Source of the DNA: Ginglymostoma cirratum
Taxonomy: Eukaryota
DNA: 64,000 bases
Assembly (NCBI GenBank): GCA_024137785.1
Contig: JAHRHZ010000004.1
Span: forward strand, 24,121,205-24,185,204
Direction of reading: 5' to 3'
The notes below the pieces were generated by a model. That model searched no databases and was not told the origin of the DNA. It worked only from the letters and a program-made list of their open reading frames with translations. A program made the translations under genes and the position numbers. Each line of letters opens with the position of its first letter. Position 1 is the stretch's first letter. Below are positions 1 to 12,185 of this stretch, piece after piece.

Positions 1-379
1 ACTGTACAAGCAAGCCCTGACAATATTAGATGCATTTGTACGGTGAATCAGCTCAATGGGTAAGAACAGGTACTGGACCATTACAACCACTTTCACAAGA
101 GAGTTGCTTCTCCCAAAATGGTATAGAACCCTTTTAAATTGAACTGTTATCCAAAATTCTCCAACAATTTTTCAAGGCCATTCACATTCTGTAGCGAAAA
201 TGCTCTGCAACCTCCAATCTCAGGTAAGATGAACATGCACCAAGATGTGGGTATCCATCTTTCATATATTCTGGATTTATTATTAATTCAATGATTAATA
301 ATTATTATATTAAGAAGGAATGAGTAATTCATCTTCCCTCCTTCTCTATATGTTTTATTTTTAATTTTGCCCACAGGAA

Positions 380-640
380 GTGGATGGCATTGGCTAGACC
401 AGTAATTATTGTCTGGAGGGCAGTTAAGAGTCAACCATGTTGCTGTGGGTCTGGAATCACATATAGGCCAGAGGATTTCCTTCCCTGAAAGACATTAGTG
501 AACCAGATGGATTTTTGTGACAATGATCACCAGTTTTTCTTTTCTTGAATTCAAATCTTACATTTTACCATGGTGGGAATTTGAATCCATGTTTCTAAAA
601 CATTAACCTGGGGTCCAATGACTTTACTACTGTCCCTGCC
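380..640 (-). mobile_element. Shark tRNA-derived SINE (family B here)
   Basis: Core agagggcagttaagagtcaaccat..gtgggtctgga..cattagtgaaccagatgg recurs at 795, 11660, 28170, 53350 and 59795. Confidence 0.7.
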
Positions 641-794
641 ATGGCACATGTGGAGTTGTAAGTCTCACCATGGATACAAATTTTCCTGCACATTGTGGGT
701 GTAGCAAAGCTGAAAGTCCTATTTTTCATAAATAGGGGAATAATGACCAGCATTTTACTTCATTTTCCTTTAATCCTTTTGTTCTTTTATCTAA

Positions 795-1130
795 TGGGAG
801 GCAGTGGCTATGTTGATGGATTAGTAATGAGTAAAACCACAGCAGATGGTGGAATTTTAATTCAAATAAAAGCTAATCTCAGTCTTGGTGACCATGATAA
901 CTACCATCAATTAATGAAGAAACCCATCTGGTTTACTAATGTCCTTCAACGAGGCAAATCTGCCATCTTTACTAGGTCTGGCCTACGCATGACTCCAGAC
1001 CCACAGCCATGTGGTTGACTCTTAACTGATCTCTGAGTTGGTGCTAGAAGTCCCCTCAATTCAAGGGCAATTTGGGGTGGGCAACAAATGCTGATCTTGC
1101 CAATGACACACACGTCCCATGAAAGAATGG
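795..1130 (+). mobile_element. Shark SINE family B, opposite orientation
   Basis: Reverse complement of the 380-640 core; ends in a cccatgaaagaat tail. Confidence 0.7.
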
Positions 1131-1779
1131 TGAAAGATAAAACCCCTCTCAATTATCTCTTTAAAATGTTCACTTCAGTGTGGTATAATCATTACCTGCC
1201 ACCTAATTACTGCCCAAGAGCAGAATACAAACATACACCAACGTCACACTACCAGAAACAGCCATTCATATTTACTAGCCTCAATTTGTAAACCAGAACT
1301 GCTGATGCTAATAGCCTATCATTGAATGGCCCTTGACACGAAATGTCCTGACCTAACATCCAAACGTGTGAATTTTTCAGCAGGAGCGGGAAGCCTGGCT
1401 GATCTTTAAAACAACACAATTCCCCAAGCAGACTGCTAAATCACTGTTTCATTGTAAAGCCTCAGTATTGAGAGGTGCAAAATACAACCCTGAAGATCAG
1501 ACATTTTTCTTTTGCTAAAGGTATTGAGAAGCAGGATTGGTTCTTTGTTTTAATAGTGAAGGCAGCAGATGATACCAACCAGGCTCAAAATGCAGCAGTG
1601 TCTGTCTTTGCTGTTTTGCAATTATCTGTTATCATTATTCAGAACTTCCAGCACAACGCACACAGATCTGGTACTCAATAAAACACAAAGCTTTCCTGCT
1701 TCCTTGCAAATGTGATCTTTTTAGCTCTTTTATTCAACTACGTGTCAACATTCTGAAGTAAATTGGAATAAATATGCCT

Positions 1780-2055
1780 CTCAGGATCAGAGAGAAAAGG
1801 ACAGGCCATTTAAAGGCTGAAATGAGGAGGAATTTCTTCAGTCACAGAATGGAAAATCTTTGAAATTCTCTGTCCCACAGGGCTGGGAAGGCTCTGTTGT
1901 TGCATATTTTCATGACTGAGATCAATAGATTTCTACATATTAAAGTATCAAGGGATACAGAGCTAGTGCAGGGGAAAGTTCATAGAAAATTAGTAGAAAA
2001 TTAGCCGTGATCTCATTGAATGTTAAAGCAGGCTTGAAGGGCTGAATGGCTTCCA
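1780..2055 (+). mobile_element. CR1 LINE 3' fragment
   Basis: Typical CR1 ORF2 end (aggaggaatttcttcagtcacagaatgg..) and 3' UTR (gcaggcttgaagggctgaatggc). Confidence 0.7.
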
Positions 2056-2057
2056 CC

Positions 2058-2670
2058 TTTTTTATTCATTCATAGGATGCGGGCATTGCTGATGAGGTCA
2101 GTGTTTATTTTCCTAATTGCCCTGGAGACTTTGGTGGTGAATGGACTTCTTAGAGTGCTGCAGTTCTTGTGACGATGGTACACTCACAATTATGTTAGGG
2201 AGGAAGTTCAGGGTTTTGACCAAGCAACTGGGAAGGAATGGGCAGTACAATACCAAGTCAGGGTGGTGAGTGGCTTGGAGGGGGACTTGCAAGTACTGGT
2301 GTTCTCATGTATCTCCCACCCTTGTCCTTCTAGTTGGACATGGCCATAGGTTTTGAAGGTACTGTCTTAGGAGCCTTGATTAATTCCAGTTCTGCTTGTG
2401 CTCCTTGGTGCTACACTCAGTTAATTTTGCCTTGACCTCAAGGGCAGTCACCCTCCCCTCCCTTCTTGAGTTCAGCTCTTTTGTTTACATTTGAACTAAG
2501 GCTGTAAAGAGGTCAGCAGCTGAGCAGCCCTGGTGGAACTCCAATTGGGTGTCACCGAGCAGGTTATTTGTTGAGTAAGCACTGTTGACAAAACCTCCTA
2601 TCACTTATAATCAGGAGTGGACTGATAGGGCAGTAATTGGCCAGGTTGGATTTGTCCTGCTTTCTGTGTG
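2058..2670 (-). mobile_element. Second LINE family (CR1/L2 group) 3' fragment sharing its tail with SINE family B
   Basis: Starts with ttttattcattcat (GAAT-type tail on minus). Homologous segments occur at 47370-49455 (+) and 54960-55900 (-). Confidence 0.6.
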
Positions 2671-2745
2671 CAGAACTAACTGACTACCTGGCTGACAGAC
2701 TGACTGTCTGTCTATCCAGTTGTCTGCTTGACTGACTGGCTAACT
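2670..2745. repeat. Degenerate (GACT/CTGT)n tetranucleotide repeat
   Basis: ctaactgactacctggctgacagactgactgtctgtct..gactgactggctaact. Confidence 0.6.
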
Positions 2746-3844
2746 TCACAGAGGGTAAGAAGGAAAGCTTTTATGCTGGACCATCATTTCATAGAATCAT
2801 AGAGTCCTACAGCATGGAGACAGGCCCTTTGGCCCAAACTGGTCCATGCCGACCAAAATGTCCATCCACACTAAGCCCATTTCCCTGCACTTGGCCCATA
2901 TCCTTCTAAACCTTTGATATCCGTGTGTTTGTCCAAATGCCTTTTAAATGTTGTTAATGTACCTGCCTCAACCACTTCTGCTGGCAACTCATTCCACATG
3001 TGTACCACCCTCTGTGTAAAAAAGTTGCCCCTCAGATTCCCATGTATTCTTTCCCCTCTCAGCTTAATCTAATGCCTTCTAGTCCTCGATACACCAACCC
3101 TGGGAAAAAGACTGAGTGCATTCACCCTATCCATGCCTGTCATGATCTTATACACTTCTATAAGATCCACCCTTAGTCCCCTATGCTCTAAAGAAAAAGT
3201 CCTAGCTTGTCCACCCTCTCCCTATAACTCAGTCCCTTGAGATCTGGCCACATCCTTGTAAATTTCTTCTGCACTCCTTCCAGTTTACTAACGTCCTTCC
3301 TATAGTAAGGTGACCAAAACTGAATATAATACTCCAAATGCAGCCTCGCCAATGTCATGTACAACTGCATCATAACTTCCCAACTTCTGTATTCAATGCC
3401 CTGACTGATCAAAGCCAGTGTGCAAAAATTCTTCTTCACTGCCCTGCCTACCTGTGACTCCACTTTCACACATCCATGCACCTGAACTCCAAGGTCCCTC
3501 TGTTCCACTACACTCCTTAAGGCCCTACCGTTCACCATGAAAATCCCGCCTCGATTTGACTTTCCAAAATGCAACACCTTACACTTGTCTATGTTAAACT
3601 CCATTTGCCATTTATCAGCCCACTTCCCCAGCTGATCAAGACCTGCTGCATTTTCTGATAACTTTCTTCACTGTCCACAATACCATGTATTTTCATGTCA
3701 TCTGCAAACTTACTAATCATGCATTGTATATTCTCATCCAAATCATTGATATAGATAACAAATAGCAATGAGCCCAGCACCAACCCCTGAGGCACACCAC
3801 TAGTCACAGGCCTCCAGTCCAACAAGCATCCTTCCACTATTACC

Positions 3845-4338
3845 TGGCCAACATCTCTGTCTCCAGCTTGCTACAGTGTTCCAGTGAAGCCCAACACAAG
3901 CTGGAGGAACAACACCTCATTTTCCACTTGGGGACCCTACAGCCCTTCGGACTCAATATTGAGTTCAATAATTTTCGGGCCTAAACTTTCCCATGCCCCA
4001 GCACCCCCATCCCACACACCAGGCCTTGTTACCACATAGCCTGCCACTACACACCCCCTGTTGTTAGTCACTAACAGTCCCCATTAACAACTATTCACCC
4101 TCCCAGCCTGATCGTTAGCAAATCCTTTGTCTGTCCAACTGTCTTTCTCTCTCTTTGGGCTCTATCCTATCGTTTACTCCCTAACCCACCCACCTCCCTA
4201 TTTTCTGCATATAAACTGATGTTTTCCCAGCCACCATCAGTTCTGAGGAAGGGTCACCGGACTCGAAACATTAACTCTGTTTTCTCCTCCACAGATGCTG
4301 CCAGACCTGCTGAGCGTTTCCAGCAACTTTGTTTTTTT
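3845..4338 (+). mobile_element. 5'-truncated Penelope-like element (GIY-YIG C-terminus plus pLTR with hammerhead)
   Basis: Reads ANISVSSLLQCSSEAQHKLEEQHLIFHLGTLQPFGLNIEFNNFRA* (stop 3982-3984), the E..I..L.TL.P.GLN end of PLE endonucleases. Flanked by cttccac(t/g)attacc at 3831-3844 and 4339-4352. Confidence 0.85.
4239..4276 (+). ncRNA. Minimal type I hammerhead ribozyme motif (PLE pLTR)
   Basis: AGTT-CTGAGGA-A-GGGTC(accg)GACTC-GAAA-CATT-AACT: core boxes, stem II and a 4-bp stem I; stem III is mutated (CG to CA). Confidence 0.65.
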
Positions 4339-5007
4339 CTTCCACGATTACCCTCTGCTTCCTGCCATCAAGCCAATTGTGTATCCAATTTGCCAGCTCT
4401 CCCTGGATTCCATGTGATCTAACCTTCCAGAGCAGCCTACCATGTGGAACCTTATGAAAGGACTTACCAAAACCCATATAGACTATGTCTACTGCCCTGC
4501 TCTCATCAACCTGCCCGGTGACTTCAAAGAACTCTAACAAATTTGTGAGCCATGATCTCCCACACATAAAGCCATCCTAATCAAACCCTGTCTTTCCAAA
4601 TGCATGTATATCTTATCCCTCAGAATCTTCTCAAGTGACTTACCTACCACAGATATTAGGTCTACTGGTCTGTAATTCCCAGGAATTTTTTTTGCAGCCC
4701 TTCTTGAATAAGGGCACAAAATTCCAGTAATGTGTTGTGATATCATTTAGCTGTCCTTACTTTCTGTGGTCTGTGCAATAATTCAACAAGAACTTTCCTT
4801 TGCAACATTTGACCTGATGCCATGAGACTTCATGGGTCCAGAATCAATGTTGAGGACTTCCAGGGCAGCTCCATACTGATTGTACAGCATTGTGCTGCCA
4901 CTCCTGACGATTCTGTAATATTAGTGGGGCAGGACATATCCAGGGACGGTGATGGTGGCGTCTGAAACATTGTTTGTAAGGTACGATTCTCTGAGTATAA
5001 CAGACTG

Positions 5008-6740
5008 TCCATAGAGTCATACAGCACAGAAACAGAAATTTGGTCCAACTCACCTGTACTGACCAGACATTCCAATCAGACCTAGTCTCATTTGCCAGGA
5101 CTATGCTCATAACCCCTCTAAACCGTCCCTATTCATATACCTATCCAAATGCATTTTTAATGTTGTAATTGTACCCCCCTCCACCACTTCCTCTGGCAGC
5201 TTGTTCCATATATGCACCACCCTCTGCATGACAAAGTCACCCCTCAGATCTTTTGAAAATCTTTACCCTCTCACCTTAAACCTCTAGTTTCCCTCTAGTT
5301 TTGGACTCCCTCACCCTAGGGAAAAGACCTTGACTACTCACCCTATCCATGCCCCTCACGATTTTATAAATCTTTATAAGGTCACCCCTCAGCTTCCAAA
5401 CCTCCAGGGAAAACAGCCCCAGCCTATTAAGCCTCTACCTAGCTCAAACCCTCCAGTCCCAGCAATATCCTTGTAAACCTTTTCTGCACCCTCTCAAGTT
5501 TAAAAGCATCCCTGCTATAGAAGGATGAACAGAATTGAATGCAGTATTCCAAAAATGGCCTCACTGATGTTGTGTAAAACCGTAACATGATGTCCCAACT
5601 CCTATACTCAATGTTATGACCAATGAGTGCAAGCGTGCCAAATGTCTTCTTCACCACCTTGTCTACCTACAAATCCACTTTCAAGGAACTATGCACCTGC
5701 ACCCTAGGTCTCTTTGTTTGGCAACACTCCCCAGAGCCCTAGCATTAACTGTACAAGTCCTGCCATGATTTGCCTTACTAAAATGCAACAACTCACATTT
5801 ATCTAAATTAAACTCCATCTGCCAGTTCTCAGATACACTCGGAGACAATCTTCTTCACTGACCATTACAGCACCTATCTTAGTGTCATCTGCAAACTTAC
5901 TCACCATACCTTCTTTACTCACATCCAAATCTTTTATATGAATGATGAAAAGCAACGGGTCCAGCATTGATCCTTGCGGCACACCGTTGGTACCAGGCTT
6001 CCGGTTCCAAAAACAGCGCTTCACCACCACCCTCTGTCTCCTACATTCAAGCCAATTTTGTATCTAAGTGCATAGTCCTCCTGGATCCCACATGATTTAA
6101 CCTCACTAACCAGTCCACCATGTGGAACTTTGTCAAACACTTTGCTGAAGTCCACGCAGACAACATCTATTGCTCTGCTCCATCGATCTTCTTTGTCACC
6201 TCTTCAAAAGACTCAGTCAAGTTAATGAGACATGATTTCCCATGCACAAGGTCATGCTGTCTATCCCTAATCATTCCTTGCCTTTCCAAATGCATGTAAA
6301 ACCCGTCCCTCAGAATCCCCTCCAACAACTTACCCATCACTGATGCCAGGCTCACTAGTCTGTAGTTCTCTGACTTTTCCTTACCAACTTTCTTGAATAG
6401 TGGTACCACATTAGCCACCCTCCAGTCTTCTGGCACCTCACCTGTGGCTATCGATGATACAAATATCTCAGCAAGGGGTCCAGCAATCTCTTCCCTAGCT
6501 TCCCACAAATTTTTGGGAAACACCTGATTGGGTCCAGGAGATTTATCTACCTTTATGCATGTTAAGATCTCCAGCACCTCTTCCGTAATATGAAATATTT
6601 TCAAGACATCAATATTTGTTTCCCCAAGTTCCCTAGCTTCCAAATCTTTCTCCACAGTAAATACTGATGCAAAATATTTGTTTAGTATCCCACCCATCTC
6701 CTTTGGTTCCACACATAGGTGGCCACTTGCTTGATTAATC
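5008..6740 (-). mobile_element. 5'-truncated CR1 LINE (tether/RT and 3' UTR)
   Basis: ORFs with DKSPGPN, VPEDWRVANVVPLFKK, ENYRLVSLAS, GVPQGSMLDPLLF, SKFADDTK, LEYCIQFCS. Confidence 0.93.
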
Positions 6741-9700
6741 TGCAGAATAGATCTCCCAGTTTTGGCTCAGTGCCCAGTATTTGCATGAAAGACTTTGCAA
6801 AGTCAATATGGCTGAGGGTGCAGTTGCTATTTCTGGTGCTTCGGTTGGTGCTTAGTGGTTCATCCAGCTTCATTCCTCTTATTAGACAAAGTAATGGTTC
6901 AATAGGACTAGTTAGGCCATTTCAGACGATGCTTCCCCTGTCCTAATTTTTATATCCTTATATTATATTTAAAAGCCAGAAACAGTTTGGTCCATCTAAT
7001 CTTCCCTTCCATGGAAATGTGCAATTTCTCCCAATCTTTGCTTCTTTCATGACTCCAGTGATTTTTTTCCTTCATTATCCAGACCAGGGGCTACATCTTA
7101 TATTTATAACTTACGTATAGAAGTATCTCTTGGCATCAGGCTTGAAAGTACCTTTTACCAGCTTGTACCATGTCCCTTGGGGGCTACAGCTGTGATCAAA
7201 CTTAATATAGGGTTCAGCATTAACTTTGTCATCTTTCATATCCCAAAAGTCTGCTCTCATCTGCTTCCTTTCAAGTCTGAAGAATGTGCAATCTTTAAAA
7301 ATTCCTTCAGAACTCAGTTCTCTGGCACTTGAGGATCAGCCTCTCAGACCATTTTGTCTTCCATTGCTGTTCTCCCTGTGCCTTGTTGAGTAAATTTTAC
7401 ACTTACAAAATGAGACCAGAGCATTTCACAGCTTCAGCACCGATATCCAATATCCCAAACATTCTGCAAGCAGTTGTGGATCTGCCTCTCTGCAGCGTTT
7501 CCCCACTTAATGCTGCAAGGCATACTTTCTCAAGTGCTGTATCCTTGAGGGAACAGCTTCTTAAAGGTTGCACTTAAAACGCAGTAATCTTGTTTGAGGG
7601 CATTCCCTGCTGCTGGATGAGGGGGCACACAACTCAACAACCAAAATACATCACTGCTGCCTTGTTTTCATGAGCTATGAGCTCTGATTGTCCATGGGCA
7701 GAATATAAGTGATGGTCTCCCTTCTCATTCCCAGAGGTGATCCCACAAGTTTGTTATGGGAAGTAACAGGCCTCTAATTCAGAGAGTAAAACTGCCTTGT
7801 GAGCCTGTATTTTGCAGCGATAGAGGCTGACGTGCTGTATTTAAGGCCCAAATCTGGAGGTAGCAATGAATTGCACAACAAATGAACATCTTTTGACAAT
7901 GTTGGTTGAGGTAAGAATGTTGATCAAGTGGAAACATCAGAGTTTCGACGAGGTTGAAACATTTGAGAGCTGAACACAAGGCTAGTGCAAACTGTTAACA
8001 TTTCCCACCTCTAACTACATACAGAAGCATGGTAGAGCACAGGTCACAGTCCTAGGTGATCACAATGATATAGCTCCTTACACACATACTCAGCAGCTAT
8101 TATTTGATTATTTGTACCATTAATTCTTCACAAGAGAGTTCCCTGTTTGTCTTTGAGTGAGATATTTAACATACACCCGAACAACTAGGAAAGGTGGACA
8201 GAATCAAACAGCGACGATACGGGAGCTCCTTGATGATAAGAACTGCTGAAGAAGAAAGCCCATTTCCCCCTTGTCATGGGAAATGTACTGGTCAGTAATT
8301 GCCAGCCCGCGAACTCACTCACAACGAGATCCAATATGGAACACACAAAGGTTCCATGAACTAATCTCCTGTGCCTCAACATCTCTCAGTTCCAGTCCTT
8401 TCAAACTTTTAAACTCAGGAGACGTTTCCTTTCCTGCAGTGCCAGATAATCTCTGCATCAATTACTTTTTAAAGACATTACTTGATTATTGCAGTTCTGC
8501 ACACGTTAGATAAGTGGTAGAAATTCCTAGTAAAGCCAATGAATTGGTAATGAAACTAATCACATCAACCCGTACTGCAAATTGCATTACCTTCCTCATG
8601 ACCTCAATTAAAAATAACTAATTATAAACTGATCTGGAGTCTCCAGCTCAAACTAGCAAAGTTATTTTTCACTGTCTTTCGCAGTCTGGTTTTCCACAAC
8701 AACTACAATACTTTGTAGACCTCTTCCTGTTGAAATCAAGATGGACAAATCGCCAATGTTGAAAGCTTCAAAATGTGGAACTAACAGCCCATCCTCCAGC
8801 AAGCTCTGTCTCACACCACTCCCTGATTTTCATGACTTTCTCTGAATTTAGTCAACTTCAGATTTAAGCAGGATTTCTTTTTATATCAGATGTGAAGGAC
8901 TGATGCTGAGCAAAGTTATAAGGATGTTTCAAGAGAAAATAAGGGAATAAATTTGATGCACTGGAAACTAAACTTTAGTGGAAGTGGTCCTTAGAATGCA
9001 CACCCACTTAAACTGAAGCCTAATTGATTGATCCCTTTTAAATAACTACTTTAATTAAGATGATTGTATCTCATATCCACAGAATTGACTGAATATCTGG
9101 ACATCTATAAAGTATCAGAAATGAATTCCCTTTCAGAGTTTGAACTCCAGCCTTTTCAAGTTTCTGAACATGGTCTAACTGACACAGACTCAGTGCAAGG
9201 AATTCTTTTCCTTCCATGGGCGTGAGAAAACTTCCTGAAGTAGCCCAGGTAGAATTTTTGATGATTTTCTTGCTGAAGAGTTTGAACAAAACACTTGTGA
9301 ATTTATGTGATGTCTGATGCCTAGCAACAGGTATTTAGTGCGGTGCGTCAAACTGAGCAGTGGAAGAGACACCAAAGCAGAACAAAACAAATTGCATCAA
9401 CTGATTTATTTCAGTGCAATAAAAAATATTATTATTATGGGAAAAGACAGGTGAGTGGGACTAAATGAGCAGTTCTTACAGAGAACTGACACATTCACAA
9501 TGGGCTGAATGGCCTTCTATGTTGTAACTGTTCTATCAGTTTATATCCGCCTTCTCCCACCGAGTACCATGTGCCCCCCCTTGATTTTCCTCCTCCCTTT
9601 TCAAATCTTGTTCCCATTTCCCACTTTGTATTAGGCAGCCTGATTCTTAAACAGAATATCCACCACATTAAACATGGCATTTAATATTTTTAAGGACAGT

Positions 9701-10315
9701 TCTATTCTTTGCTGTTAACACCATCTGTGTTTTTGATGTAGCAGTATATTAGATGTCAGGCTTTTCGATTAATTGTTGTCAGACAATGAAATGAGTGGAT
9801 TGCCTGTCCCAACCTTGCCGAGTGATGGATTTGGTAAAAGTTGGTCATTCTAATCGCATGAGCCTGATAATATCTGTGATTGTGTATCATCACAAAGGCT
9901 GACAACACCCTATTAGGTCATCTATTTATCAGTTCTGCAGAGCAATCAGAATACTTCTACAACCATTGAACAGCAGCTTAATGCAAACATTCAGTTCCTT
10001 CCCATGGGCCACATTCTGTGGAATAAATGATAAATGTTTGAGTACTTCACCATGTCTCAAGAAAACCCACACCGATGTAGTGTCGGGCACACCCAAAAGC
10101 AGAAGGAGGAATCTATTGCTGAGCACATGGTTCCCATGTTGTGAGCCAGAGCACAACAACAATGCAGAAATTTTTTCCAATGTTAAATGTAAAGGTGGAA
10201 GACTGACACATCTGACTGCACTCCTTGAATGGAGTCACATATCTGCTCACTATTAAGTCTTTCCCATCTACACATGCATTCAGTTACAGGAGGTCCTGAT
10301 GCCAGGCTACAGTCA

Positions 10316-10471
<156 letters not shown>

Positions 10472-11277
10472 TTACTTCAAATCATCAAAAACCTCTCGAC
10501 TCTGAGTGATTGGGTCATTTCATTTCCGAGTTCCAGATCTCTGCTTGAGGGCTATTCATAAAAAATAAAATCAAATTGTTATAAGAGTGCTCATTAACAT
10601 TTCTGTTCTTTATTTTAGATCCATCCTGTCATGAGGCTCGATTTCATTTCGTGGGGAAATGCAGCTCAAGGGCAAATACCACAATGCAGGGTACCACCAA
10701 GATTGAGAGCAGTAAAGAAATGAAATTATATGGAATTACATTACAAAAATAGGCCCATCTACCCTATGCTATCATTGATGTTCCACAACAAGTGTCCTCC
10801 CATTCTATTTCATCTCACCCTCGTCAACATCTCCTTTTCTCTTTCGTGTGTTTACATAGATTCCCACTGAATGCAAATATGCCATTTTTTTCAACCAATC
10901 TATTTGTTACTATGACAAGCTCTGCATTCTCAGTTGATTTATTAATGGGAATCTTACTTTTATGCCCCCCCCAGGTTTTGGTGTCCCACAAGTGGGAACA
11001 TTTTCTCTACATCCCACCTATCAAACACTGTGTCTTGTTAAAGATCCTCAATAGGTTATCCCTCAGGTTTCTCTGGGCTCTGCAGCTGGTGCAGCCTTAC
11101 CCAATCAGTTATAACCTCTCAGTTTGGTTATCGTCCAGATGAATGTTTTCGGTGTTTAAAGGGCAGTGAGTGCTCTCAGATTAGGGGAGGAGTGTCGGAC
11201 ATCATGGAAATGGACCTGTTCCTCAGCCAGCGTCAATTGCAACACTTCCAGCACCCTGGTTGAAAATGGCTTCTTCA

Positions 11278-11592
11278 ACAGGGTGGCTCAGTGGTTAGCA
11301 CTGCTGCCTCACAGCGCCAGGGACCTCGGTTCGATTCCACCCTCAGGTAACTGTCTGTGTGGAGTTTGCACATTCTCCCCATGTCTGCATGAGTTTCCTC
11401 CGGGTGCTCCGGTTTCCTCCTGTAGTCCAAAGATGTGCAGATTAGTTAGAGTGGCCATGCTAAATTGCCCGTAGTGTTCAGGGATGTGCAGATTAGGTGG
11501 GTTATGGGGAATGGGTTTGGATGGGGTGCCCTGAGGGTCGGTGTGGACTTGTTGGGCCAAAGGGCCTTTTTCCACACTGTAGGGATTCTATG
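11278..11592 (+). mobile_element. HE1 (V-SINE group) SINE, near full length
   Basis: tRNA head with A box tggctcagtgg and B box ggttcgattcc, V-domain gtgtggagtttgcacattctcccc, and CR1-like tail ending gattctatg. Confidence 0.85.
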
Positions 11593-11659
11593 AACATAGA
11601 TTTCATATTGAACCTGGGAACTCCTAATCTACACGGCTCCATTTCACTCTGGGATTATT

Positions 11660-12185
11660 TTATTATTCATTCACAAGTTGAGGGCGTCACCAACTAGGCC
11701 AGCATTTATTACCTATCCCAAATTGCCCAGAGGGCAATTAAAAGTCAACCAAATTGATCAGGTCTGGAGTTACATGTAGGCCAGGGCAGGTGAAGATGAC
11801 AGTTTCCTTCCTTAAAGGACATTAGTGAACCAGATAGGTTATTGTGATAATTAGCAAAAGATTCATGGTTATCATAAGACTCTTAATTCCAATTTTTTTT
11901 GTCATTGAATTTAAATTCCACCATCCTCCATGGCAGCATTTGAACCAATGTCCCCAGACCATTTACCTGGGTTTCTGGATCAACATTTAGGGGCATTTCA
12001 GCGGCTATTAGATAGGCATATGGATGATAGTATAAGGTAGGGGTGGAGGTCAGATAGACCTTAGGTTTAGTGTAAAGTTTGGCACAACACCATCGGCCAG
12101 AGGGCCTGTACTGTGCTGTACCGTTCCATGTTCTATGTTCTATGTTAACAGCCCAGTGATAATCCACTAGGCAGCCACCTCCCCT
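11660..12185 (-). mobile_element. SINE family B with a nested CR1 3' end (about 11986-12145, +)
   Basis: The SINE is split at ggatcaaca...aacagcccag; the insert ends in (gttctat)n. Confidence 0.7.

Larger units (their letters stand above)
2788..4730 (-). mobile_element. 5'-truncated CR1 LINE (RT domain and 3' UTR), frameshifted, interrupted by a Penelope insert
   Basis: ORF pieces GNYRPVDLISVVGK, CGRSWLTNLLEFFE, VTSGVPQG, SKFADDMK, MEFNIDKCKVLHFG; short tandem tail at 2788-2805. Confidence 0.93.

Noticed and set aside
6167-6712. 181-aa ORF, the longest gap-free ORF
   Set aside because: Fragment of a truncated, frameshifted CR1 ORF2, not a host gene.
9083-9225. Plus-strand open frame LTEYLDIYKVSEMNS... 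after a cacag
   Set aside because: No recognisable homology and no partner exons.
10590-10695. Plus-strand acceptor (ttctgttctttattttag at 10618) antisense to exon 2
   Set aside because: No convincing donor or ORF, and such tracts are common in AT-rich introns.
11278-11350. tRNA gene-like A/B boxes
   Set aside because: Head of an HE1 SINE, continuous with the SINE body; not a tRNA gene.
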